DNA of 64,000 bases, taken from an uncultured Candidatus Saccharibacteria bacterium. Its GTDB lineage: Bacteria; Patescibacteriota; WWE3; UBA101185; UBA10185. The number at the start of each line of letters is the position of its first letter. Within the stretch, counting starts at the first letter, position 1. Location of the stretch: NCBI GenBank assembly GCA_964643995.1, contig CAZXUJ010000001.1:337492-401491 (forward strand), read 5' to 3'. Shown here piece after piece: positions 56,221 through 64,000 of the stretch. Made by a program: the position numbers and the translations under genes. Below the pieces are notes generated by a model, which had not been told where the DNA came from, did not search any database, and saw only the letters and a program-made list of their open reading frames with translations.

Positions 56221-56661
56221 ATCCTCAATATATTGCAAAATATCCGGAATGTAACAGTCTCTTAAATAATCAAGTTCAATTCCGACAATTTTCTGAGGCG
56301 TGAGTTTTTTACCTTTCCAAATTTCTTCTTGCCACTTTTTTGCTGGGAAAAGGATGAGTGTCTCAAGCACTTTATCCCCTGTAAAAACCAAATCCTCATA
56401 AAGCTCGTCCCAACTGTTTTCAGCATAGTTTATGGCATCATCCTCTTCGTATGGATCTTCCCACGGAATTTCTTTACCCTCTTTGAAATCATCCAAAACC
56501 GCCACCATAAAAATCTCAGCCAATAAAATACGCTTCATTAATTGTGTGATCGTAAATCCATCAAATAGTTGCTCTTCGATTTTTTCAACCGGAAATAGCT
56601 CCAACAATTCTAGAAATTGTGCATATGTAGTTTTGTAGTCTTCAATTAATTCTTCGATCAT
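56203..56661 (-). CDS. Acidic DinB/DfsB-like four-helix bundle protein
   Basis: Helical pattern similar to DinB family; metal-binding His not evident. Confidence 0.5.
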   Translation of the reverse strand: MIEELIEDYKTTYAQFLELLELFPVEKIEEQLFDGFTITQLMKRILLAEIFMVAVLDDFKEGKEIPWEDPYEEDDAINYAENSWDELYEDLVFTGDKVLETLILFPAKKWQEEIWKGKKLTPQKIVGIELDYLRDCYIPDILQYIEDLEDIG

Positions 56662-57665
56662 AATTCACTATCAATAGAAACATTCGAATCAGCTTGTATG
56701 TCCGCGAGCTCCCTTTGGATTGGGTTAAAATATCCAGCAGATGCGATATAAATAGCATTATCTCCACACAGCCTCAAAGGTGGAATATACACTTTAATAC
56801 TAATTTCGTCAGCAACAGCCTGCAAACGTGTACGAAGCTGAGTGTTTGCTGCAACACCACCACCAAGCAAAATGCTTTTTACTTGATATTTTTGCGCAGC
56901 TTTAATTGTTTTAGCCACCAACACGTCAACAACAGCATTTTCAAACTCACATGCTACAGCCTCGACAGGAGGGTTTTCAGTTTCAACTAATCTGCGAACG
57001 GCGGTTTTCAAACCAGAAAAAGAAAAATCGAAATCATCATCATTTATTTTTGGACGAGGTAGTCGATGTAACAAGGTATTTTCGGTACATCTTGCAGCAT
57101 ATTCAGAAATCTTTGGACCACCAAGCTTATATTTACTTATTCCCAAAAGTCTTGCAGTCTTATCAAAAGCTTCACCAGCAGCATCATCGACCGTACCACC
57201 AAGATATTCTAGATTTCCATGACCATGCATTAAAACCAAATCAGTATGACCACCACTAACTACCAGAACCAAAGCCGGAAATTCTATCTGATCTTCTTGT
57301 CCAACAAAATTCGCATAAATATGTCCTACCAAATGGTTTACAGGAATTAAAGTTTTGTCCCATGCGAAAGCCAACGCCTTAGCAGCATCAACCCCGATAA
57401 GCAATGATCCGATTAAACCTGGGCCTACAGTAACAGCTATAGCATCAATATCGTCCCTAGACATATTTGCCTTTTCGAGTGTTTGGGAGATTACAGGCAA
57501 GATATATTCTACTTGCTTGCGGGCGGCAACTTCGGGGACTATGCCACCAGTTTTTTCATGAAATTCACGAGAGGTAGCTAAAACGTCTGAAATTTCGTAG
57601 ACACCATCTCTAACAAGAGCGGCTGCCGTTTCATCACATGATGTTTCTATTCCTAGTATGACCAT
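56658..57665 (-). CDS. tsaD: t6A threonylcarbamoyltransferase TsaD
   Basis: IETSCDET, GGIVPEVAAR, GPGL, NHLVGH, VSGGHT, DDAAGEAFDK, FSFSGLKT. Confidence 0.97.
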   Translation of the reverse strand: MVILGIETSCDETAAALVRDGVYEISDVLATSREFHEKTGGIVPEVAARKQVEYILPVISQTLEKANMSRDDIDAIAVTVGPGLIGSLLIGVDAAKALAFAWDKTLIPVNHLVGHIYANFVGQEDQIEFPALVLVVSGGHTDLVLMHGHGNLEYLGGTVDDAAGEAFDKTARLLGISKYKLGGPKISEYAARCTENTLLHRLPRPKINDDDFDFSFSGLKTAVRRLVETENPPVEAVACEFENAVVDVLVAKTIKAAQKYQVKSILLGGGVAANTQLRTRLQAVADEISIKVYIPPLRLCGDNAIYIASAGYFNPIQRELADIQADSNVSIDSEL

Positions 57666-57691
57666 AGTTTGAATTGTACTACAATAAGGCA

Positions 57692-58489
57692 ATGCTTATT
57701 GACTCTCATTGCCATCTTCCTGACGACTTTAAGTTAATAGATCAAATTCTTGAGAATGCCCTACAAAACGATGTTAATTATGTTGTGAACATTGGGACGG
57801 ATTTGGAGGAAAATGAAAAGGTAATGAAAACTTCGACCGCTTTTGAAAATGTTTTTGGTGTTATAGGAATTTATCCTCATAGCCACAGAGACAAACCAAT
57901 AGACAGTTTGATTGTTGAGCTAGAAAAACAACTACAATCCAAACCCGCTCGCATAGTTGCAATAGGCGAATGTGGGATAGATATTACAGCATGGGAACAA
58001 CAACGACCGGTACCGGATCAAATCCAACTTTTTGAGCAGCAACTAGAGCTTGCGAAAAAATACGCACTGCCTGTGGTAATACACAATCGCAACGGTAATG
58101 AGCAGGTTTTTAATGCACTCAAAAAGCATGAGGGAAGCGTAACCGGCGTCGCACATTGTTTTGACGATGATTGGGAAACTGCAAAAAGGTACTTAGATCT
58201 TAATTTTTTTATATCTTTTTCTGGTTTCATAACTTACAACAGTAAAAAACACCTGCTTGATGTCGTGCGCAATGTGCCTGACGATAAATTTGTGATAGAG
58301 ACTGACGCACCATATATTTTGCCTAAGGGCATAACTGAGAAGCCAAATGAACCCAAAAATGTTAAAATGGTGGCTAGGAAAATAGCTGAAGTAAAGCAAA
58401 AATCGTACGAAGAGATAAGCGATTTATCAGTTAAAAATACTTTGCGGCTATTTACAACAATGAAATTAAATTATGACACCGAAAAATGA
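57692..58489 (+). CDS. tatD: TatD family DNase
   Basis: DSHCH, IGECGID, PVVIHNR, HCF, ETDAP. Confidence 0.92.
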   Translation: MLIDSHCHLPDDFKLIDQILENALQNDVNYVVNIGTDLEENEKVMKTSTAFENVFGVIGIYPHSHRDKPIDSLIVELEKQLQSKPARIVAIGECGIDITAWEQQRPVPDQIQLFEQQLELAKKYALPVVIHNRNGNEQVFNALKKHEGSVTGVAHCFDDDWETAKRYLDLNFFISFSGFITYNSKKHLLDVVRNVPDDKFVIETDAPYILPKGITEKPNEPKNVKMVARKIAEVKQKSYEEISDLSVKNTLRLFTTMKLNYDTEK

Positions 58490-60035
58490 TCGCATTGTTA
58501 GTCGAATATTTGAGATACTTCCCGGCTTATTTAGCTGGGGGTTTATGTTGTCACCTGTTTGGTTGGGGCTTTTGTATCCTCCAGCTATTATTTATCTTTT
58601 ATCGTTTTTAACTATCTATTGGTGCTACATGGCAATTAAACAAACTTTAGGTTTGATGCTTGGCTATCCACAATATCAAAAGGAAATCGCTATGGATTGG
58701 TGGCAAGAATGTAAAAATCTTGATTACGATACTTTACCTGACAAAAGTACTTTACCTACTTCTTTAGAAGAAATTAAACATTTTATAGTTATCCCTTGTG
58801 TTAACGAACCGGAAGAAGTGTTAAGACCGGCGCTCGAAGCTATCATGAACCAATCAATGCCTCTTAATCATGTTTGTTTGGTTTATTCTATTGAAGAAAG
58901 GTTTGGGGATCAGGTTGAAAAAACCATTAGACATATTATTGGCGACAAAATTAACGAGTTTAATAAAGTTTTAATCTTTAGACATCCTGCAGGTATCGAA
59001 GGCGAGGCAATCGGCTCAGGTGGCGGAAACAGAACTTGGGGAGCAAGACATGCTGTAGAGATTTTGCGCCAAGAAAAAGCAATAATTAAAGATTATATTT
59101 TCACAAGTTTAGATGCCGACCACGTTTTACACAAAGAATATTTAGCTCGCTTAACTTACGCGTATCTACAAGAACCTGATAGAAACAATAAGTTTATAGC
59201 TACGGCTGTACATTTGTTTAACAATAATCACTGGACAGTACCTTCGATGGCGCGCATCGAGGCGAATTTTGTAACTATGGGAACGTTGGCAAATCGAAGT
59301 GTTTTTTGGGCAAAAAGTTCATTAACTGCAGACACCTTCGCAGCATTTTCAAACTCGTTACAAACTTTAATTGATGCAGATTTTTGGGATGTGGCCTCTG
59401 GGGCTGACGATACAACATATTTTTGGCGAGCATTTTTTGCACGTAATGGCTACTTTAGGGCAGTAAAACACTACATACCTTACTCAGCAGACGCTGTGGA
59501 AGGCGCAACATTTTACAAAGCCCACAAGAGCTTATATAAACAGTTACTTCGATGGGGCTGGGGGGTTGTTGAAATTCCAATATCATTAAAAGGCTTTATA
59601 AAAAACAAAAAAGTACCTTTAACACTAAAGTTGCTTTGGATTTACGATCATCTTAAAACCAGAGTGTTTATGATCAACATAGTATTTTTGATAACTTTTG
59701 GTTTTGGACTTCTTACACTTGTAAACCCAAATGTTAAGCAAAGTAGCTTTGCATATCTGCTACCTGACATTATGAGCATTATTTTGACTGTGACACTTAT
59801 TTTCTTAGTACCAGCCGCATATTACAGGTCAAAGCTTACACCAGACATTCCGAAAAACTGGCCATTTTGGAAAAAAACCTTGATATTCGCAGAAGGTTTC
59901 GTGGTTATCATTAATCTGTTAACGTTTTCATTTTTCCCATTAATCGAGGCACAAACTAGACTTATGTTTGGTAAAAAAATGAAAGACGTTTATTTCACGC
60001 CTAAAATGAGGACTAGTGGTAGCAGAACAAAATGA
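58473..60035 (+). CDS. Processive-type GT2 membrane glycosyltransferase
   Basis: DAD, DD, QLLRW motif; N- and C-terminal TMs. Confidence 0.85.
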   Translation: MTPKNDRIVSRIFEILPGLFSWGFMLSPVWLGLLYPPAIIYLLSFLTIYWCYMAIKQTLGLMLGYPQYQKEIAMDWWQECKNLDYDTLPDKSTLPTSLEEIKHFIVIPCVNEPEEVLRPALEAIMNQSMPLNHVCLVYSIEERFGDQVEKTIRHIIGDKINEFNKVLIFRHPAGIEGEAIGSGGGNRTWGARHAVEILRQEKAIIKDYIFTSLDADHVLHKEYLARLTYAYLQEPDRNNKFIATAVHLFNNNHWTVPSMARIEANFVTMGTLANRSVFWAKSSLTADTFAAFSNSLQTLIDADFWDVASGADDTTYFWRAFFARNGYFRAVKHYIPYSADAVEGATFYKAHKSLYKQLLRWGWGVVEIPISLKGFIKNKKVPLTLKLLWIYDHLKTRVFMINIVFLITFGFGLLTLVNPNVKQSSFAYLLPDIMSIILTVTLIFLVPAAYYRSKLTPDIPKNWPFWKKTLIFAEGFVVIINLLTFSFFPLIEAQTRLMFGKKMKDVYFTPKMRTSGSRTK

Positions 60036-61564
60036 TTTTTCCTATAGAGAATACTAACGGAATAGGTAAAAAGATTCTTTACTGGTACGGTAAAAACTGG
60101 GTAAGATCATTGCTGGTAAGTTTGCTTTTGGCCTTATTGCAACTTACTTACCTTTTGTTACGCTACAAGTATATTAACGATCAAGTTCCTTTTTTTTATA
60201 CAAAACCTTGGGGGGACTATCAACTAGGTAACAAAGAATACTTATTTGCATTGCCTACCATTTCGGTGTTAATCACAGTAGGGTGCCTGTTGTTCTATAG
60301 GAAAGCAAAAGAATTTTATTGGCAGTTGATGGATAAGTTGTTGCTGCTGATCCCAATAGGCATAAACACTGTTATTGGGCTTTCTTTGATTAGAATTATT
60401 TTTAACGCCTCTAGTCCATTTAAGCCACTAGTTAATCCACAGTACCTTTCGCTAATACCCTCTTTCATTACTGCATTTGTACTAACCTTAGCTTTTACGC
60501 CAAGATTTATAGAATATTTTAACCGCAAAAATATTGTCACTAACCCCAAGGTGCATGCCCACCCTAGTATGATTCTCACAAGGCCTTCGGCAAGGGGCGG
60601 AGGTCTGGTTTTTGCAATATTTTTGATAATCACATCTGCTTTATTTGTCGGATTTTCCAGATACAGCATGGCCATTTATATCTCGATAGCCTTGGTAGCA
60701 CTACTTGGGATTATGGATGACTATCAAAACACCAACCCAAAATCGGTATTAAGATTTTTAGAAAACCCTATGATTAGACTTGCAGGGCTGTTTTGTATTG
60801 TGGCAATACCAATATATATGGGGATACGTATAAACTTTATAAACAACCCATTTAGTGGAATCTTTGATATTTTGCAGTATCAAGTCACAATTGCAGGAAC
60901 TACTATTCCTTGGCTTTCAATAATAGTGACAGCTTTATGGATGGTTTGGGTTATGAACGTATTATCATGGTCAAATGGCGTAGACGGACAATACGGTGGA
61001 ATTGTTGGCATAGCTTGTATCGTGATTGCAATACTCTCATTCAGATTTGATCTGCTCAAAGACATTCACATTGAAACAGCCAAAATTGTCGCCGCAGGAG
61101 CCGGGGCTGCAATTGGACTAACACACTTCAACTGGTACCCATCAAAAATTATGTGGGGTTTCGGAGCAATGGCAGCAGGACTTTTAATATCAATGACCTC
61201 TATCACAATTGGCGCCAAAATCGCCACCTCAACACTGATAATTCTTATTCCATTTTTAGACGCTGTTTTTATATTCATACGAAGACTAGCCCAGAAGAAA
61301 AACCCACTTAAAGGCGATCGTGGACACCTGCATCATTTACTACTAGATAGAGGCTGGGGTGTAAGAAGAATTGCAGCATTTTATTGGGTAACCACAGCTT
61401 TCTTTGGCATAATTGGAATCATTACAGCTGGTCAAAACGTTGCACAACTATCAATGATGGTGATTGGCGGAGTAGCCTTCATAATCTTGTTGTTAAGATT
61501 TACTGCCCACGAAACATTCAAACAAAAACTTAGAAAAATGATTAAAGTACCGAGTAGAAGATAA
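60032..61564 (+). CDS. MraY/WecA/TagO family phosphotransferase with extra N-terminal three-TM domain
   Basis: RGGG, GIMDD, N..S.GVDG, FNWYPSKI, P.KGDRGHLHH.L. Confidence 0.85.
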   Translation: MIFPIENTNGIGKKILYWYGKNWVRSLLVSLLLALLQLTYLLLRYKYINDQVPFFYTKPWGDYQLGNKEYLFALPTISVLITVGCLLFYRKAKEFYWQLMDKLLLLIPIGINTVIGLSLIRIIFNASSPFKPLVNPQYLSLIPSFITAFVLTLAFTPRFIEYFNRKNIVTNPKVHAHPSMILTRPSARGGGLVFAIFLIITSALFVGFSRYSMAIYISIALVALLGIMDDYQNTNPKSVLRFLENPMIRLAGLFCIVAIPIYMGIRINFINNPFSGIFDILQYQVTIAGTTIPWLSIIVTALWMVWVMNVLSWSNGVDGQYGGIVGIACIVIAILSFRFDLLKDIHIETAKIVAAGAGAAIGLTHFNWYPSKIMWGFGAMAAGLLISMTSITIGAKIATSTLIILIPFLDAVFIFIRRLAQKKNPLKGDRGHLHHLLLDRGWGVRRIAAFYWVTTAFFGIIGIITAGQNVAQLSMMVIGGVAFIILLLRFTAHETFKQKLRKMIKVPSRR

Positions 61565-62015
61565 CCAAAGAAGAAACAGCAATTATAAAAATTTGAGTTA
61601 AAATTCCCCAAGGAAGAGGAGCTTGAAACTGCATCCTACTCTGCAAACGACTCAAAGGAACCAAAAACCAAGGCTCCTTCTTAGCAAAGATATGAGGAGC
61701 TTCTAACGCATCAGGCAAAACCGAAGCAATACCACACAAAAAAACATTAAGAGCCAAACTGGAATCGTTTAAATACCACAAAGAATAATAAGTAGCTGTC
61801 AAACCCAAAGCAACACCAGCAACAAGATCAGCCATCACTGCAACAGGACGCCAACCTTCGCGACGTTGCTCTTTAGTTGTGTTGGAATAAAAATCCCAAT
61901 GAGGAACCTTATCACCTAGAAAATGCATAACAAAAGATAAAGGAACCGCAAGAAAAGGGTTTGAAATAGAAGTACCTATTGCTAAACCTACAAAAACGTG
62001 TGGCGTGAGTAGCAT
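61542..62015 (-). CDS. Membrane-bound metal-dependent hydrolase-like protein
   Basis: TPH, HFLGD..PHWD, LPD. Confidence 0.7.
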   Translation of the reverse strand: MLLTPHVFVGLAIGTSISNPFLAVPLSFVMHFLGDKVPHWDFYSNTTKEQRREGWRPVAVMADLVAGVALGLTATYYSLWYLNDSSLALNVFLCGIASVLPDALEAPHIFAKKEPWFLVPLSRLQSRMQFQAPLPWGILTQIFIIAVSSLVIFYSVL

Positions 62016-62125
62016 AAGTACTTATGATTTTAGCATATTAGGAGAAGGGGTTGAAGGAGACTTAAAATATCGCACAAACCTAGTTTAATGAAAATTTCAT
62101 AAGTTGCTTATAAAATTATGGTGTT

Positions 62126-62806
62126 ATGAAAAATACCAAACCTCATGTTTTACTAATCGAAGATGACAACGCACTCTGCCAAACACTAGGCAAGCAACTA
62201 AGTAATGAATATGATATCGATAGAGTTGTAGAAATTAACACAGCCAAAACAATTATAGAGAAAACCACATTCGACCTATTTATAGTTGACCTGATTTTCC
62301 CAGGCCAAAGCACCACTGTGGGAATTGAACTTTGTCATCAGATACGAATGAGGGATAAATCTGCTCCAATAATTGTAATCACAGGTAAGTCGGCTATAAA
62401 TTACAAAATGAGCGCTTTTAAAGCTGGTATAAATGACTATGTGTGTAAACCATTTAATACTTTAGAACTAGGGGCGCGCATGAAGGTATGGCTTAACATG
62501 AATGGGAATATGGAAAAAGTACTAACACATAGGGATATAAGAATTGATCTGGCGATGCATACCGTCACACGTGCGCATAAACCAATTGATTTAAGAAAAA
62601 AAGAATTTGAACTACTAAAGATACTAGTACTCAATAAACAGGCACTACTTACAAGAGATACCATTATGAGGAAGTTAGCTTTGTCCGAAGATATTTTCAG
62701 TAACGTAGTCGATGTTCACATACGAAATCTGCGAAAAAAGATTGATGTGCCGTTTAAATACAAGGTCATAAAAACTGTGCACGGTGTTGGTTATGGGATT
62801 CAGTAA
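62126..62806 (+). CDS. OmpR-family response regulator
   Basis: IEDD, VD, KPF; winged helix LRKKEF, VDVHIRNLRKKI, TVHGVGY. Confidence 0.93.
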   Translation: MKNTKPHVLLIEDDNALCQTLGKQLSNEYDIDRVVEINTAKTIIEKTTFDLFIVDLIFPGQSTTVGIELCHQIRMRDKSAPIIVITGKSAINYKMSAFKAGINDYVCKPFNTLELGARMKVWLNMNGNMEKVLTHRDIRIDLAMHTVTRAHKPIDLRKKEFELLKILVLNKQALLTRDTIMRKLALSEDIFSNVVDVHIRNLRKKIDVPFKYKVIKTVHGVGYGIQ

Positions 62807-63515
62807 CACAAAAAATCAAAAAAACGTACGACAAACAGAACTACTCCTGCGTAAAAAACTGGAGGAAGAGTTAAAACGAGTTAGATTCGCAATCTGGGAT
62901 ATCGATAAATTGTACAGACTAGAGCTTTTACAACATGAACTTAAGACACCATTAACTACTCTTACATTGCTTATGGAAAAGATGCAGTACAGCACCAAAA
63001 CAACCAAACAAGACATAAAGTTTGCACAAGATACCTTACATCATATGAAAACAGTGCTTGTAACACAACAAGTAGCAAATGAAACATTTGATCTGATAGA
63101 TACCATCAATGAGTGTATGAAAATATCAAGGATTGAGAGATACGCCATAGATATTATCAGACTCAGGACACTTCCAATGTATGGCAACAGCTGCAAGTTC
63201 CGTCAAATACTAATAAATATACTTAACAACGCAAAGGAAGCAGCTATTACTAATACAGATATAGTACACGTGAGCATAAGACGGAGAAAGGATTGGAGTG
63301 AACTGGAAATTAAAAACGAAGTAACTACTCAAACTTGTCTTCTAAATAAAAGCAATCATATCATAGCAACTAGCCTTAAAACAGAAGCTGAAAACAGAGG
63401 CCTAGGTTTTGCACTATGTAGAAAGATTGCAGAACAAGATTTTTCTGGTACAGTACGCTTGAGGGTACTACCAAATAATACGATTTCTGTAATCCTTAGG
63501 TTTCCAAGAAAGTAA
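62784..63515 (+). CDS. Cytoplasmic histidine kinase without sensor domain
   Basis: HELKTPL H-box, QILINILNNA N-box, RGLG G2-box; G1 DxGxG missing. Confidence 0.75.
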   Translation: MLVMGFSNTKNQKNVRQTELLLRKKLEEELKRVRFAIWDIDKLYRLELLQHELKTPLTTLTLLMEKMQYSTKTTKQDIKFAQDTLHHMKTVLVTQQVANETFDLIDTINECMKISRIERYAIDIIRLRTLPMYGNSCKFRQILINILNNAKEAAITNTDIVHVSIRRRKDWSELEIKNEVTTQTCLLNKSNHIIATSLKTEAENRGLGFALCRKIAEQDFSGTVRLRVLPNNTISVILRFPRK

Positions 63516-63541
63516 ACCAATAATGTATAATCAACGAGCAT

Positions 63542-63630
63542 GGAGGGTTGGCAGAGTGGTAATGCAGCGGCTTGCTAAGCCGTCATCGGGTAAAACCGAT
63601 GCGTGGGTTCAAATCCCGCACCCTCCGCCA
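63542..63630 (+). tRNA. tRNA-Ser(GCT)
   Basis: GGAGGGT...ACCCTCC GCCA; anticodon arm GCGGC-TTGCTAA-GCCGT; long variable arm. Confidence 0.97.
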
Positions 63631-64000
63631 TGTTTCAATAAAAACTTCTGGAATAAGTAGCTGATTCCCATAAAGATTGTTAATGCAATAAGTTCAATGC
63701 TTAACATAGTTTCCTATAATTCTCCAAAGCACTCGATTGCCTTTACAATAATCTAGCTTTCTAGTATAAACTATGCTTTCCGACCTTAAGAAATACGATA
63801 CCTGGGATAAGGATATAAGTTTCCTTTAGCGACATCTACCCTTTATACAAATCAGCTGCAATCTCCAAATATATAACCACAAACCTTCGGATATTGGTCT
63901 ACTCCTGTGCAAATTAGCTATTAAAATATATAAAATAAAATCTGTTATCCATGTTTTCAGCTCAGCTCATTTCTGTTTTCTTACGCGCTATGTAAGAGCT

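Noticed and set aside
64-63541. Many short antisense ORFs in the ORF track (e.g. 2264-2836, 4274-4819, 28696-29097)
   Set aside because: Wholly nested opposite well-supported genes, with composition typical of shadow frames
63631-64000. Possible gene or island edge downstream of tRNA-Ser
   Set aside because: No ORF of 60 aa or more and no recognisable motif; cannot be interpreted at the window edge

Overview
Window from a small-genome bacterium, most likely Patescibacteria/CPR (inferred from gene content: VirD4-like ATPase, FtsA plus baseplate-J-like protein plus YqgF, minimal TsaB, short ValS). The flanks (about 1-21.4 kb and 43.1-64 kb) are housekeeping: ftsA, yqgF, orn, miaB/miaA, RNase P RNA, mltG, ftsEX plus an M23 protein, tsaE/B/D, glycosyltransferases, truB, valS with a T-box, msrA, proS, tatD, a two-component pair and three tRNAs. 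The middle (22804-43131) is a roughly 20-kb element at the 3' end of tRNA-Pro(GGG), bounded by an 11-bp direct repeat. It carries a large serine recombinase and a ParB-methylase/TerS-like/TerL operon with no portal, capsid or tail genes. It also carries a defence cargo: type I RM with an inserted nuclease-like gene, Hachiman with a third nuclease-like gene, and HEPN-like ORFs. An apparent remnant of an older element sits at its left end. The most unusual non-coding signals are (i) near-identical 37-nt hairpins that mimic the tRNA acceptor stem in the 5' leaders of both tRNA-Pro genes, (ii) a transcriptional Val T-box with an ultrashort Stem I, and (iii) two strongly structured RNAs inside the element. 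All family calls come from visual motif recognition; no database search was run.
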